Below, piece after piece: positions 52,289 through 63,019 of a DNA stretch of 64,000 bases; positions within the stretch are counted from its first letter, which is position 1, and each line of letters opens with the position of its first letter. The position numbers and the translations under genes are program-made. The notes beneath the pieces are model-generated. The model worked only from the letters and a program-made list of their open reading frames with translations, was not told the DNA's origin and did not search any database. The stretch lies in contig JAHDYR010000012.1 in assembly GCA_019828565.1 (NCBI GenBank), forward strand, positions 1,359,780 through 1,423,779. Reading direction: 5' to 3'. This stretch comes from Carpediemonas membranifera BICM. Lineage: Eukaryota; Protista; Fornicata.

Positions 52289-55200
52289 TTAATCAACATC
52301 AGGACGCTTGTAGTCATCTCTTTTCCGTTGAGCAGGCAACTTGCGGCTCAATTGCGGATGATCGTCGAGGTAGCAGTTGTGGCGAAACAAAGCAAAGGCG
52401 GAAAAGTGTTTACTCCAATGAACCCTATTGTGGCGAAAAAGGCAAAACCCCATAACGCTAAACTGCGGGTCCGGCACACTTCCCTCTCTTAGAAGTGACG
52501 AAGACCCGGGTTCGCGGACAGGTAAACGTCCAGGGCCTCACAGTCGCGGACAGCAGTGTAGGGGAGCCACTGGTCGTCGTCCTGGGTGTAACCGTCCCAG
52601 CGGACGAGGAACTCATACGAGGTGCGGTTACGGAGGCCACCGCGGTGGGCGATGATGGCCTCAATGAGGTACGTGTCAGCGTCCAGGGCAATTAGCTCCG
52701 CGGAGTGCGCGAGGCGTCGTACTGACGCAGACGGGTGACGTGGAAACGCTGCTCGCGCTGGGACTCGGGGTTCAACACGGTGTATATGTCGTTCTCGGAA
52801 GCAGTCACGACAAAGGGGCCCATCAGGCGAGGGGCGAGACGGTTGGCAGGGCGCTCGGGATACGTGACAAGCACGTGATCACCCAGCTTGAGGACGTCGC
52901 GAGCTACGGGGGCCTCAGGGGTATAGGCATCTTCTTGAGCAAGGGCAGCGTTTTGCTGAACCTCAGCGAAGAGCAGCGTGGCGGGGCTGTGGCCGGTGGT
53001 CTCGACGCGCGTGGAGTTAATAATGCGCTGCACCATGGGGAGATTCTCCGCCCACTTGGTCACCGAACGGTCATCGTTGACCAGGACGCGCAGGTGGCGT
53101 TGGACCTCGCGGTTCATGCGCTCTACCAGGCTGTTGCCCTGGTGATGGTAGGGCAGCACCATGATGCGGTCGATGTCGAAACGGTCAGTGAGGGCATTGA
53201 ACGCATGGGACGTGAAGTGAGAGCCATTGTCCGTTCTGAGGATGCGCGGCGGGCCGTAGCGGCCGATCAGGCTGATGAGGGCCCGGATGGCTTCTGCTGA
53301 TGTGGCCGCGCGGGCGGCGTACAGCTCCACGAAGCGTGTGAAGCAGTCGACGGCCGTGAGGATGTACGACATACCGTCATCGTCCTCAGGGAATGGGCCG
53401 ACGAAATCAATCGCTACCGTGGCGAAAGGCTCGCTGCTGTAGGTCGGGCGACGGGTGCCGCTGAGGGAGCGGGCTGTGGCGCGCACCTTTTGACACAGCG
53501 GGCAGCTGCGGACGAGGGCCTTGACGGCAGAGGGCGCGAGGCCCTTAATGAAGACCGCGGTGAGTGTCTTCTCCTCAGGGAGGAGGTTCTCGCAGAGGTC
53601 CTCCACGCGGTCGAAGCGCTCGAGGTATGCCAGGATGGCTCGCTTGGTGACGCTGGACGACTTCATGACGAGGGAGCGGAGCCGCTCAGTGACCTGTAGC
53701 TGGTTAGTCGGAGCGAAGAAGTGGTTGTAGATGGCGGGGATTACGGCGTCGTCTTGGAGGTCATCGAAGTCGTCGAGAGCGAGGCGAACGGTGCGGAGGG
53801 CGCGCTTGGATAGTAGCTGACGGACAGGAATCACTTCTCCTTGCACGGTTGCGGCATAAGTTTCATAGGCCTCGTTCCATCGCAGAAAAGCAGGCTCGTC
53901 ATATTAGTTCGCCAAAAAAGGCGGTGTAACAAGCTGAAGATGGTTCATCTGTGCCTAATATCGATATTGTGGCGAAACAAAGCAAAGGCGGAAAAGTGTT
54001 TACTCCAATGAACCCTATTGTGGCGAAAAAGGCAAAACCCCATAACGCTAAACTGCGGGTCCGGCACACAGTCCAGGACCTGGAGGTCATCCAGTTCGTC
54101 CGAGAACGGCTCCCACGTGGACTCCTCATCGAGATAACCCTGCCACTTGATGCGGAGGTACAGCTTTCCTTTCGTGAACCTGTGGTCCGTCACGGCTTCC
54201 ACCAGGAACTCGTCTTCTTCGCTTGCGACCCAGCTCGCGATTTCCTCTCTGGAGGCATCCGTAGCAAACTTCTTCAGCCGCTCCGCGTGCACCCGTCCGG
54301 TCTTACCTGTCCTGAGGTTCTTGATGACGTACACGTTGGGCGAGTTCGCATGGCTCTCACACCACATGGGGCCGGTCCAGACTGTCCTGGCGCCCACCTT
54401 CGACCTCACCAGGACTGGCGAGTCGGCGATGTCTGCGTGTGAGTTTGGGTCCTCGGGTATCGCGATCTGGTCTTGGATTGCTTGAGTAAACGCTATTGCA
54501 CGGCTGAAGCGCTCGATTGATGCGTCGTGTGCCCCTAGCAGTGCGCTTGGGGGCGTCGTTACGTCTTGGTTGTACAGCACCTTGAGGGGCGACTGCCGTC
54601 TGTCCTGCTGTCTGGCGTGGAATTGACGATGTACTGCGCGATAGGGAGGATGGACAGCCAGTCTTTGCCTCTGTTGAAGTCGCGCAGCAGCGACTTCAGG
54701 TGTCGTTTGACCTCGGCGTTCAGCCTTTCGACCGCGCCTTGACTCGCCGGTCTGTACGGGGTACCAACCTTGTGTTCCACGCTCATGTTGTTCATCAGCT
54801 CATCCACTAGCTTGTTAACGAACTGTGATCCTCCATCCGACTTGATCACACGGGGCATGCCATAGGTAGCCGTCCAGTCAAGCAGGGCGCTGACTGCGCT
54901 CTTGGCGTCCGTGGTCTTCGTTGCTCTGAGCATAGTTGCCTTGGAGAACGTGTCGGTCATTACGATTACATGTTTGAATCCATTACAGGCCTTCATCGGG
55001 CCAATAGTGTCCACTTGCACAACGTCAAATGGGAGTCGACCCGCCATCGACCTCATATCCAAGGTAGTCAATTTTGGTGGCACCCAGCGAGGTCTTGCTC
55101 GCGTTCAGGCGCAATCCCACCGCATCTAGCTTACCGAGGACATATGCGAGGTTCTCCAGGTATTCTTCGTCATCGTCGCCGTATACGACTATATCGTCTA

Positions 55201-55813
55201 TATAAACGAGGCAGCGCGTGTAAAGCGCGTCTTCGAGGACGGTTTCTAGTGTGTGCTGGCAAAATGCCGCCGCCCCCTTGAGTCCAAATGCCATCCGGGC
55301 ATATTGGTACTTATCTCGCCCCACCGTGAATGCGGTGAGGTATCTCGAGGCCGGGCTGAGGGGCACTTGGTGGAATGCTTTGCTCAGGTCGAGGCTGGCA
55401 AAGCGCTTTTTGCCCTCAAGCCGCGCGACGAGGTCTTCAATGATCGGGAGGGGGTGCTCAAAGTCTGCCGTTATCTCGTTGAGCTTCCGAAAGTCGAGGC
55501 AGATCCTCCTCGTTCGATCCCGTTTCCAGACGAGCACCGTCGGGTTGTTGTACGGACTCGTCGACTTCTCGATGACGTTAAGGTCCTCGAGCTTTCTCAT
55601 CTGGTCAACCATGTCTTTTTGCTCAGCCGGGCTATGGTTGTATGGAGGTATATTAACGACGCGTCTGTCGGTCAGGGTGAGATCAAACGACTGTACGTCC
55701 GCCGGGTCTGTTATAGCGCCGAAGAGGTCCAGGTACATCCTCAGGATCTCTTGGGTCTCGTCTGCCAGGCCTGCGATCTCCGGCGTGGTCTGAGCATCGT
55801 CCAGCGAGAAGAT
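52289..55813 (-). mobile_element. Degenerate Gypsy element F (RT, integrase and chromodomain pieces), interrupted by element E
   Basis: RT YIDD (55025-55813), integrase DTIGP/SDGG/VERLN. The chromodomain reads through the CAGT TSD (LQVLDC|YLDDHP..DVD*). Confidence 0.85.
52378..54068 (-). mobile_element. Non-autonomous Gypsy derivative E (1691 bp), 101-bp LTRs (52378-52478, 53968-54068), TSD CAGT
   Basis: Identical LTRs and PPT AAGAGAGGGAAG. The gag N-terminus is fused directly to integrase (ORF 52692-53846); protease, RT and RNase H are absent. Confidence 0.92.
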
Positions 55814-55821
55814 CCTTACCT

Positions 55822-55900
55822 TACCTACTAGGTAGTTAGTAGTACCTACTAGGTAGTTAATACTACCTAGTAGGTAGTTAGTAGTACCTAGTAGGTAGTT
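55822..55900. repeat. 21-bp tandem repeat x~3.8 (TACCTASTAGGTAGTTARTAS), preceded by CCTTA repeats
   Basis: Units start at 55822, 55843, 55864 and 55885; each contains the dyad TACCTA-N-TAGGTA. Confidence 0.9.
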
Positions 55901-56062
55901 GCACAACAGCAAACAAGAATGGGCACCTTTGTTGGCGATGACGGAAACCTGTATTCTCACGATCAACAGTGCGCTTACCAGAATGCCGAAGCAAGAGATG
56001 ATTACAACAATCCTGGCTATCGAGTGAATTAAATCATCATGATTGAGGGTTTTACAGTTAGT

Positions 56063-56863
56063 CTAAAGTTTATCAGGAAGCTGCGTCGATCTCATGGGCG
56101 CCAATCTCCTCAACAGCCGCTTCTTCAGGGGCGGTCTAGCCTTTGCCTTGCCCAGTGTGTTGGGGATTGGTGAGCCAACTGGCTCTCCTGTGCCTGCCCG
56201 CACCTTGTAAGCGGCATACTGACTCAGCGTCATGTCCAGAGGCCATGACCGGGGAGGAAGGGACGGACCATTGTCATCGAGTGCAAGGACCGAATCGAGT
56301 ATCGAGTCGGCTTCACTCTCGCTCGCAGGTGCAGGTTCAGGCTCAGGTGCAGGTTCAGGACTAGGCTCAGGTTCAGGACCAGGTTCAATATCGGGGATAG
56401 ATGCAGACCTTACAGATGCAGACGCGGGTTGACACACCAACTCAGGTGCAGGCTCGGGCTGCTCAGACAGGAAGGTGCGCAGGTATCGCCTCCGAAGCCC
56501 AGTGAACTCGGCAGCCTTGTCCAAGTCTTGCTTGACTGCATGCACGAGACCTTCACGGCGAATCGCGGCTGAGGGGACGTTGGTCAGTCGCTTGATCACA
56601 TCGCCGATCCCCACAGCAGAGATACTGAATAGTGCATCGCCCTCATTAAGACCTGCTGCAACAGCATATGCATCCAAAGCAGGACTAATCACTGTATCTC
56701 GTCCGCAATACGCCTCGAAATCCTTCAAAACCATCCCCAATTTCTGGCGTTTCATTTCTGCAGGTTTCATCAGGCCGTAAAAGGCCAGGCGTACAAGGAG
56801 CAGATTGCGCGCGGGTTCTTTGCTAGCCATACTCTTGCTCTCAAGGTCTTTTATGCTGAACAT
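56063..56863 (-). CDS. Tyrosine-recombinase-fold protein, probably catalytically dead, with a PE-rich tail
   Basis: RNLLLVRLAFYGLMKPAEM (~box I R....LGF.G.LR.SEL), LDAYAVAAGLNEGDALF, SAAIRRE (~HSLR), FTG..LRTF (~GH..Y). Confidence 0.55.
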   Translation of the reverse strand: MFSIKDLESKSMASKEPARNLLLVRLAFYGLMKPAEMKRQKLGMVLKDFEAYCGRDTVISPALDAYAVAAGLNEGDALFSISAVGIGDVIKRLTNVPSAAIRREGLVHAVKQDLDKAAEFTGLRRRYLRTFLSEQPEPAPELVCQPASASVRSASIPDIEPGPEPEPSPEPAPEPEPAPASESEADSILDSVLALDDNGPSLPPRSWPLDMTLSQYAAYKVRAGTGEPVGSPIPNTLGKAKARPPLKKRLLRRLAPMRSTQLPDKL

Positions 56864-57482
56864 GTGCCGTTATGCTTAATCTGCTTACGAAATTTCTTCT
56901 GGGTGGGCGGTAATCGCAATCAACACCTTCAAGAACTAACCAACCGCCTTCAGTAACTTCATGCCCTCTCTCGTGCGCACCAGAGCTTCATTGATTGAGC
57001 TGATTTTGCTTAAGTTGTGGTGCGTCTACGGACGAACACTTTACAAGAGCAGACTCGACATTTAGGTGCCGAGGAGAAACTCCTTGACTAATAAATGTTA
57101 CTATTATCCTGTGTAACCTTGGGTTAGATCTATGACAAAGTCGTAGAACTCAGCATCTACTCATTGTCAGACATCTCAATCAAAGGACCAGGACTTTCTG
57201 ACCGTCTTAACCTATCGATGATCTCTGCTGTATGTGTTTTTTCAGTCAGCGTTATGCCATGGTCATCCAGCAACACCTTCACATACACGCTAACCGCTTT
57301 CAGTAGCTTCATGCCTTCTCTCGTGCTCGCCAGAGCTGCTACATTGATTGACCCAACATTGATCAATTGCCTCTCAAAGTGGGCGTTGAATACATATTGG
57401 GGATCAAACTGATATGCTCTGTCACATGGTGGGGGGTTTGCATTGTTAATTACAAGAGGGCTCAGTGAAGTCAATAAACTCC

Positions 57483-58073
57483 TCATATGCTCCCTAGACT
57501 CCCTATTATGCTTTTCCTCAAGACTAGCATTGCTCGACAACAACAAAGGAAGTCATCTCGCCTAATATCAGCGCAGGCGATAGCAACGACGACTGGGAGA
57601 CCCTTAACTACGTACGGTTCGAGCTTGACGTTAGTGTGTTGCTCACCAATATCATTCATGAGATGGACCCCAGCAAGCTCCTTGCGAGATGATCCGTTAA
57701 CGTAGATGCCATTATGTTCAAAACTGTACTGGGGGTCATCCTCAGATGGGCGATTATTGCTGATGGTTCCACCATAGACTCCGATTACGGTACGCTCGGG
57801 AATATCATGCAATGCTGCCAGTCCCAATCCAATATTTTTGCGGCGGTTCCTTTGGTAAGGCTGGTTTCTTGATTCTGCAAGGTTAGGTACGAGAAGGGTT
57901 TTGGTATTCACTTGAATCTTCTCGCCGTTCCATGGTTTCCATCCCGTCTTTTCAAATAACTTTGCATCAATGTCATTAACGTTGCAATACACTGAATGGC
58001 AGTTGGTCGCTGAAATAACAAGTGTCTCAGCGCTTTTTACCATGTGCACCGTGGGACATGACATAAAATGCAA
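57483..58073 (-). CDS. SET-domain protein (possibly frameshifted into 57157-57546)
   Basis: IGLGLAALHDIPERTVIGVYGGTI, YSF, LMND..NVKL, AIACADIRRDDFL. The terminal DYG motif is not seen. Confidence 0.65.
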   Translation of the reverse strand: MHFMSCPTVHMVKSAETLVISATNCHSVYCNVNDIDAKLFEKTGWKPWNGEKIQVNTKTLLVPNLAESRNQPYQRNRRKNIGLGLAALHDIPERTVIGVYGGTISNNRPSEDDPQYSFEHNGIYVNGSSRKELAGVHLMNDIGEQHTNVKLEPYVVKGLPVVVAIACADIRRDDFLCCCRAMLVLRKSIIGSLGSI

Positions 58074-58289
58074 CTATGTGACTCGGTAGCTGTCGCCTTA
58101 TGAAGTTTTAGCCCTGGCTATGCCCAGAGGCCATTGGTTTATACAGCCCATAAGTGTGTATTACTACTAGTGTGTTGATTGCAAGAAAAAAATAACATAC
58201 CTACTAGGGACATGGCAAAAGGATCGAGGAATGCCAAGAATGCAAAGATGAAACATGCACAGGGGAGAAAGGAGAAGAAGTCCTAAAAA

Positions 58290-61200
58290 ATGGTTACCGA
58301 ACCACCAGCCTTCCTCCAAACGCCACAGGATTCAGATTCTGAGGTGTATATGATTGCATGCACCGTGTACAACAATGATGAGCGCGATTACTGCTATCCC
58401 GCGTTGCTTACAGATGACATGACACTTGGCGTCGTCCTTGATGACGATACCTTTTACATTACCTATATGACGACCCTCGAAGCTAACACTTGGACTGATA
58501 GTTCTCAGACGTTTGTGTTCAGCCCCGATGTTGCACCCGATGGCAATTATGCCGCTATCTTTGACCAGCTGGCGAATTCGAACCAGCCTGGTGCTGAGGT
58601 GTTTGCAAAGCTTCGCGACAAGCGAGTGACAGCACGAGTCATCTGGAATTCGAGGATTGACCTTGACGCTGAAGATCTGATCAACCGTCGCCTTGACCCC
58701 GGGACGCCGGGAACATTTCCTGGCGGATTTCCTTCGGTCATGCTCGGCCACGATGATGACAGTGTAGTTGAAGTACTTGACCACCAAGTGAATGCAACAC
58801 CATTTTTGCGTCAGACGGATGAACCAGTGCAGGAAAACCCACGGGTGTATCCCATTCTTGCCGACCCAACCCGGCTTTGTGCATATTTGGATAACCCCGA
58901 TGAGTTCGATGACATATCTTTCCCGCTTTATCACCAGTGTGCGGTTTGTGGACGGATCATCAAGTCCAATCGCCCGAGTCGTACATGCAGTGTGTCCAAT
59001 GCGTACGGAACCGTCAGTCGGCAGCATCTGTCTGAGGTCGCACAGGCGTGGGCCCCGGTCTTGCTACCGTACCTGCACACGATGTATGCCGGGGGCAAGA
59101 TGATCACACCAACAGGCCTTGTCATCCCGTCCCGGGAGGGCATCCAGCAAGGGGACCCCATATCTCCGCTGCTGTTCACCCTGGCGATGAAGCCGGTCCT
59201 GGACCAGATCAGAGGTGAGTTCCAGGAGTGCAGGATGGTCTCCTATCAGGACGATGCTTACTTGATCGCGCCAGCGTCCATGCCGGCCTCACGAGTTGAT
59301 CGGTTCTACGACCGGATGGCTGAGGTTTGTGGCCGCATCGGCATGCGCGTGAACACGGCTAAGTGTATGGTGATCAGCGCTGCTGGCTCCCCGGGTGCCA
59401 TTCAGCGGGTAGTCAACGGTAGAGCCGTTGGAATCCCTGTTGGTGACGCTCATGGTGAGGCAAGAGCTGTCGATGATGTCTTCTCGGAGATGGAGATGGC
59501 GACTGCTCGCGTCGTGGAAATGGTGGAGACTGTAGGGCCTTCTGCGGCCAGCGTTGCGCTGAATATGATTCGTTCATGCATTCTTGCGATGCCATCCGCA
59601 ATCTACAGAGCTGTGTCGCCGATTAGGCACGAAAGCAGGACATCCCGCTTCGAGCAGATGCTTAGCCGCAGCGTAGAGCACATTCTGCAACTAAGAGATG
59701 GTCTGGAAGACAAAACTCGTAGAATGGCTCTCGATTATGGAGATTACGGGCTCCGCATGCCAATCCCATCACTCGTCTGGAAATGCGCATTTTTGGGCAC
59801 GGAACACCAGCTGCACCAGCTGCTTCCGGACCGGTCTGTGCACCTAGACGAGGCCCTGTTTACCGTTGAAGGCGCCGAAGAGTGGCCTAGGACCAAGGAC
59901 GAACTCTATGAGATGGAGGCCAAAAAGCCTCAGAAACAACTCACAAAGTACCATAGAGACGCCTGGACAGTCCAGCACCGCCCATCAACGCCGTCTGACT
60001 TCAACTTGGACCGCAATGCGGCCACTCAGGCCCTGAACGACTCCTCCCAGCGCGCTGCCCCGGCGGCTGGAATTCTCCGGCAAGAGGCCGCACTCACCCC
60101 AATTGAGCTAGAATCGAAGCCTGTTGGCTCAATATTTGTCCCAATTGCCAGGGCACACCTGGATGTCGCCCCGTTCGAAGAGTGGCCCGAGACTTGCCCC
60201 CTGTGTCAGGCCCAGCGCTGCACCTGGCAGCATGCCCTCTCGTGCCCACACACCAAGGGAACCGCCCACACCGAGCGTCACAACCATGTTAGAGACGCTG
60301 TGAGCGCCGTGTTGACCGACGACGACGTTAGAGGTCGACCCATGGCCCGTTGCCAGGCCGAGGTCGCGCTCACCTCTCGTCACCCCCGCTACCAGCAGGC
60401 CGATACCGAAGCGCCCAGACGCAAGGTGGCCGACCTCATGGTGGCAGGCGAGAGAGACGTGGTCGGGAACCGTGTCCACGAGGAAGTCTATGTCGACTTC
60501 GTGGTCAGCCTGCACCCGCGGGAGGCTGAGCTAGAGAAGCTCCGCGAGTACCGCAACTGGCAGGTCACCTTCGTGCCTGCTGCCTGCACGGTTCTGGGCG
60601 AGACTGAGTCCCGTCTGACCGAGTGCTGGGTCGCCCGCCTCTGTGCCGCGATTCGCAGGCCGGCCCTCGTGGGCGCCATCCGTGACCGGGTATTCTGGTC
60701 CATCTGGGCGGACAACCAGACCGTCTGGTCGGACTATGTCTCCCAGTGCAAGGCCCGTTGGGCCGAGCACCACCAATAATCTGCCCTCCCCACAAAATGC
60801 CGGAGTCGCGACTCGGCTGACTCGGCCACTCTAGGCTGCGTCGTCCCCGAGCCCCCCTGCGCCTCCCGCCACATCGCCGCATCGCATAACGCATCCCCTG
60901 CCCCTGCGCGAGAGTAGTTGCTCGAAATTCCGCGGAGTCGCGTGTCGTTCGGACAACCTGGGAAAGTAAATTCGTACATGCAGTGGCTCGGTGCAATGCA
61001 AGAGCCGCCAATTACGTGATGGAAGGAGAAAGAAGGGTAAGCAAACTCGGGCATGCACCAGTCTGCTTTCTGACATGCGTTCGGTTCGGAAGAACAAGGC
61101 TGGACAAGTTTTCAACCGACAAACCCGTCTGTTATACCTCGTCAAGCCGCTGCGTGATCTTGCTTTGCATCAGAGCCGCACTGTTTTCGACCCATCCGGT

Positions 61201-61605
61201 CATGATAACCGCTGTTGGCTTCGCTGCTTGCTGTTTGCAGCAGGTGTTGACGGCATTGCAACCTCCGGCGATGGCGATAATGACATACTGGAGCCCTATT
61301 TGCAGATGCTTCTTGAGCACTCTGATGTAACCGATGAGGATAAGGCGAAGATCAAAGCGTGTGAGTTTATGCCGGTGTCAGCCCCATTTGCCGCCCTCAT
61401 CTTGCACAAGGCGGAAGCAGAAAAGCACTGCCAGCGTATCTGGCTTGAAGACAAGCGGTTTTGTAATTGCAGTTGGGAATATGCTGATGGCAAGTGGATC
61501 ATGAATTGTCACTCGCCGACCCCTGAGGAAGCCTCGGCTGAACTTCTTACAATTGTTGGCGATGACTTGCACTTCGTCGTGGAGAGGACGACGAGTGTTC
61601 TTTAA
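58290..61605 (+). pseudogene. Zn-finger + OTU-like protease gene disrupted by a non-LTR insertion (58290-58992 joined to 60986-61605)
   Basis: Removing the insertion and one TSD copy restores the frame: CAVCGRIIKSNRPSRTCSGSVQC..PSGHDNRCWLRCL..GDDLHF. Confidence 0.65.
58993..60971 (+). mobile_element. 5'-truncated RLE-type (CRE/NeSL/R2-like) non-LTR retrotransposon with a 14-bp TSD TCGTACATGCAGTG
   Basis: SNAYGTVSR, GIQQGDPISP, SYQDD, CPLC..HALSC, RHNHVRD, ADL..YVDF..EKLREY. TSD copies at 58979-58992 and 60972-60985. Confidence 0.92.
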
Positions 61606-61777
61606 ACATAATTTGCATAAGGTTTAATGCGTTGATCATACTCTCGACGGTTCGCGGCTTTTCTGACCTTTGCTATCATGTCGCAACTCTTGTAGAATGG
61701 CGAATCTGACTCGCGCTTCAGTAAGTCAACAGTGCAGTTTACGTCACTTCATTCATTGCAATATTGCAGAGGAGAGA

Positions 61778-62388
61778 ATGAGTGACGAATGGGGAGAAGT
61801 TGCACTTGCACCTTTCCCTGGAGGTCCAACTGACGACTTTACATGCATTATTCTGAACGAGGCACCTACTGCTCGACGACTCGACATGTTTACTTCTGCA
61901 ACCCGTTGAAGAACTACCTGCAGCGCCCTGCAACCCCCACTACACGGGTTTTCAATGTCAGTGGACATCGGAATCGTTGCTGGATTCGAACACTTTATAT
62001 CGCATCTAAGGGGAGTCCCGATGGAGTCATGTTGGCTGGCAGTAATGACAGTACCGATGACGACTTGTTCGACCCCGTCATTGCATCGTGCATCAGTAGT
62101 CTGGAAAGCGAGACCGATCCGCAGATTCAACAGCTTGTGGCAGATATGCGCGCTGATCACATGGTGAATATTTTTGCGATTGCTACATCGCTTTTGAATC
62201 ACTTTGGATGCAATGCAGCATACGTGTTGATCAATGATGTTGTACTGCCCAAGGTTGCGGGATACAAGCCCATGTCTGCAGTGACTCTCAATAACCCAGA
62301 TGCTTACCCTCAGATTAAGGGTGACGGCTTACATTTCACCATCACTCTACCGTCCTTGGTAGATGAGTGGGAGGAAGTAGGTGATTAA
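61778..62388 (+). CDS. Second OTU-like protein, paralogous to the C-terminal part of the disrupted gene; 5' frame break
   Basis: TRHVYFCNPL..VFNVSGHRNRCWIRTL..GDGLHF aligns with TRLLYLVKPL..VFDPSGHDNRCWLRCL..GDDLHF. Confidence 0.55.
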
Positions 62389-63019
62389 AGACATTAGGTT
62401 CTTACCTTACCTTACCTTATCAGTAAATCCATTTCTCCTCAATTGAGGAGAACTACACTCAAGTAGAAAATGATGGTTTATTTGTGCGTAACAGAAACAA
62501 AACGGCGCGGGGGACGTAGCAGCCGCCAGTAGCCAGGGCTGCACTCATGCTACAATCCTTGTAGCTGTCACATCGAATGCATTTTAAGGTACATCATACA
62601 CACACATGGTTTCCACCAAATTAACCGGCCCATCTCTTGCAGCAATCATCCCTCGGTCCCATTTTCGACCCGCGAAAAAATGTAGATGGGGTCAACCCAC
62701 CCCAAGGCCGCGGATGATTGGGCTGAAAGTGGGCGTGCGTAGACGCCATCTATGGATGCATGCATGCATCACACCGCGAGCCATTCAAAGGGCTTGGGGT
62801 GGGGGTCGGGGGCGCGGACTGCCGACCCTCCCCAGTGTACCTTACCCCGGCCCTCGCCATGCAGTAAGACCGAGTACTACATGTTTCTGATCCCATTCTT
62901 GAGCTTATGCAGTGGGTTAAAACATTTCGATTGTTTATACCTTGGTCTCGAAATCGCTCTGAGAAATATGTCCGAAGCTCGCAGTCGTCATCACCTCAAC
63001 TTGACCTCGGATTCCGAAG

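Noticed and set aside
55822-55900. CRISPR array
   Set aside because: Head-to-tail 21-bp units with no unique spacers and no cas genes; eukaryotic context.
62400-62420. CCTTA run as an interstitial telomere
   Set aside because: Only about four units, and the host telomere repeat is unknown to me; kept only as a boundary marker.
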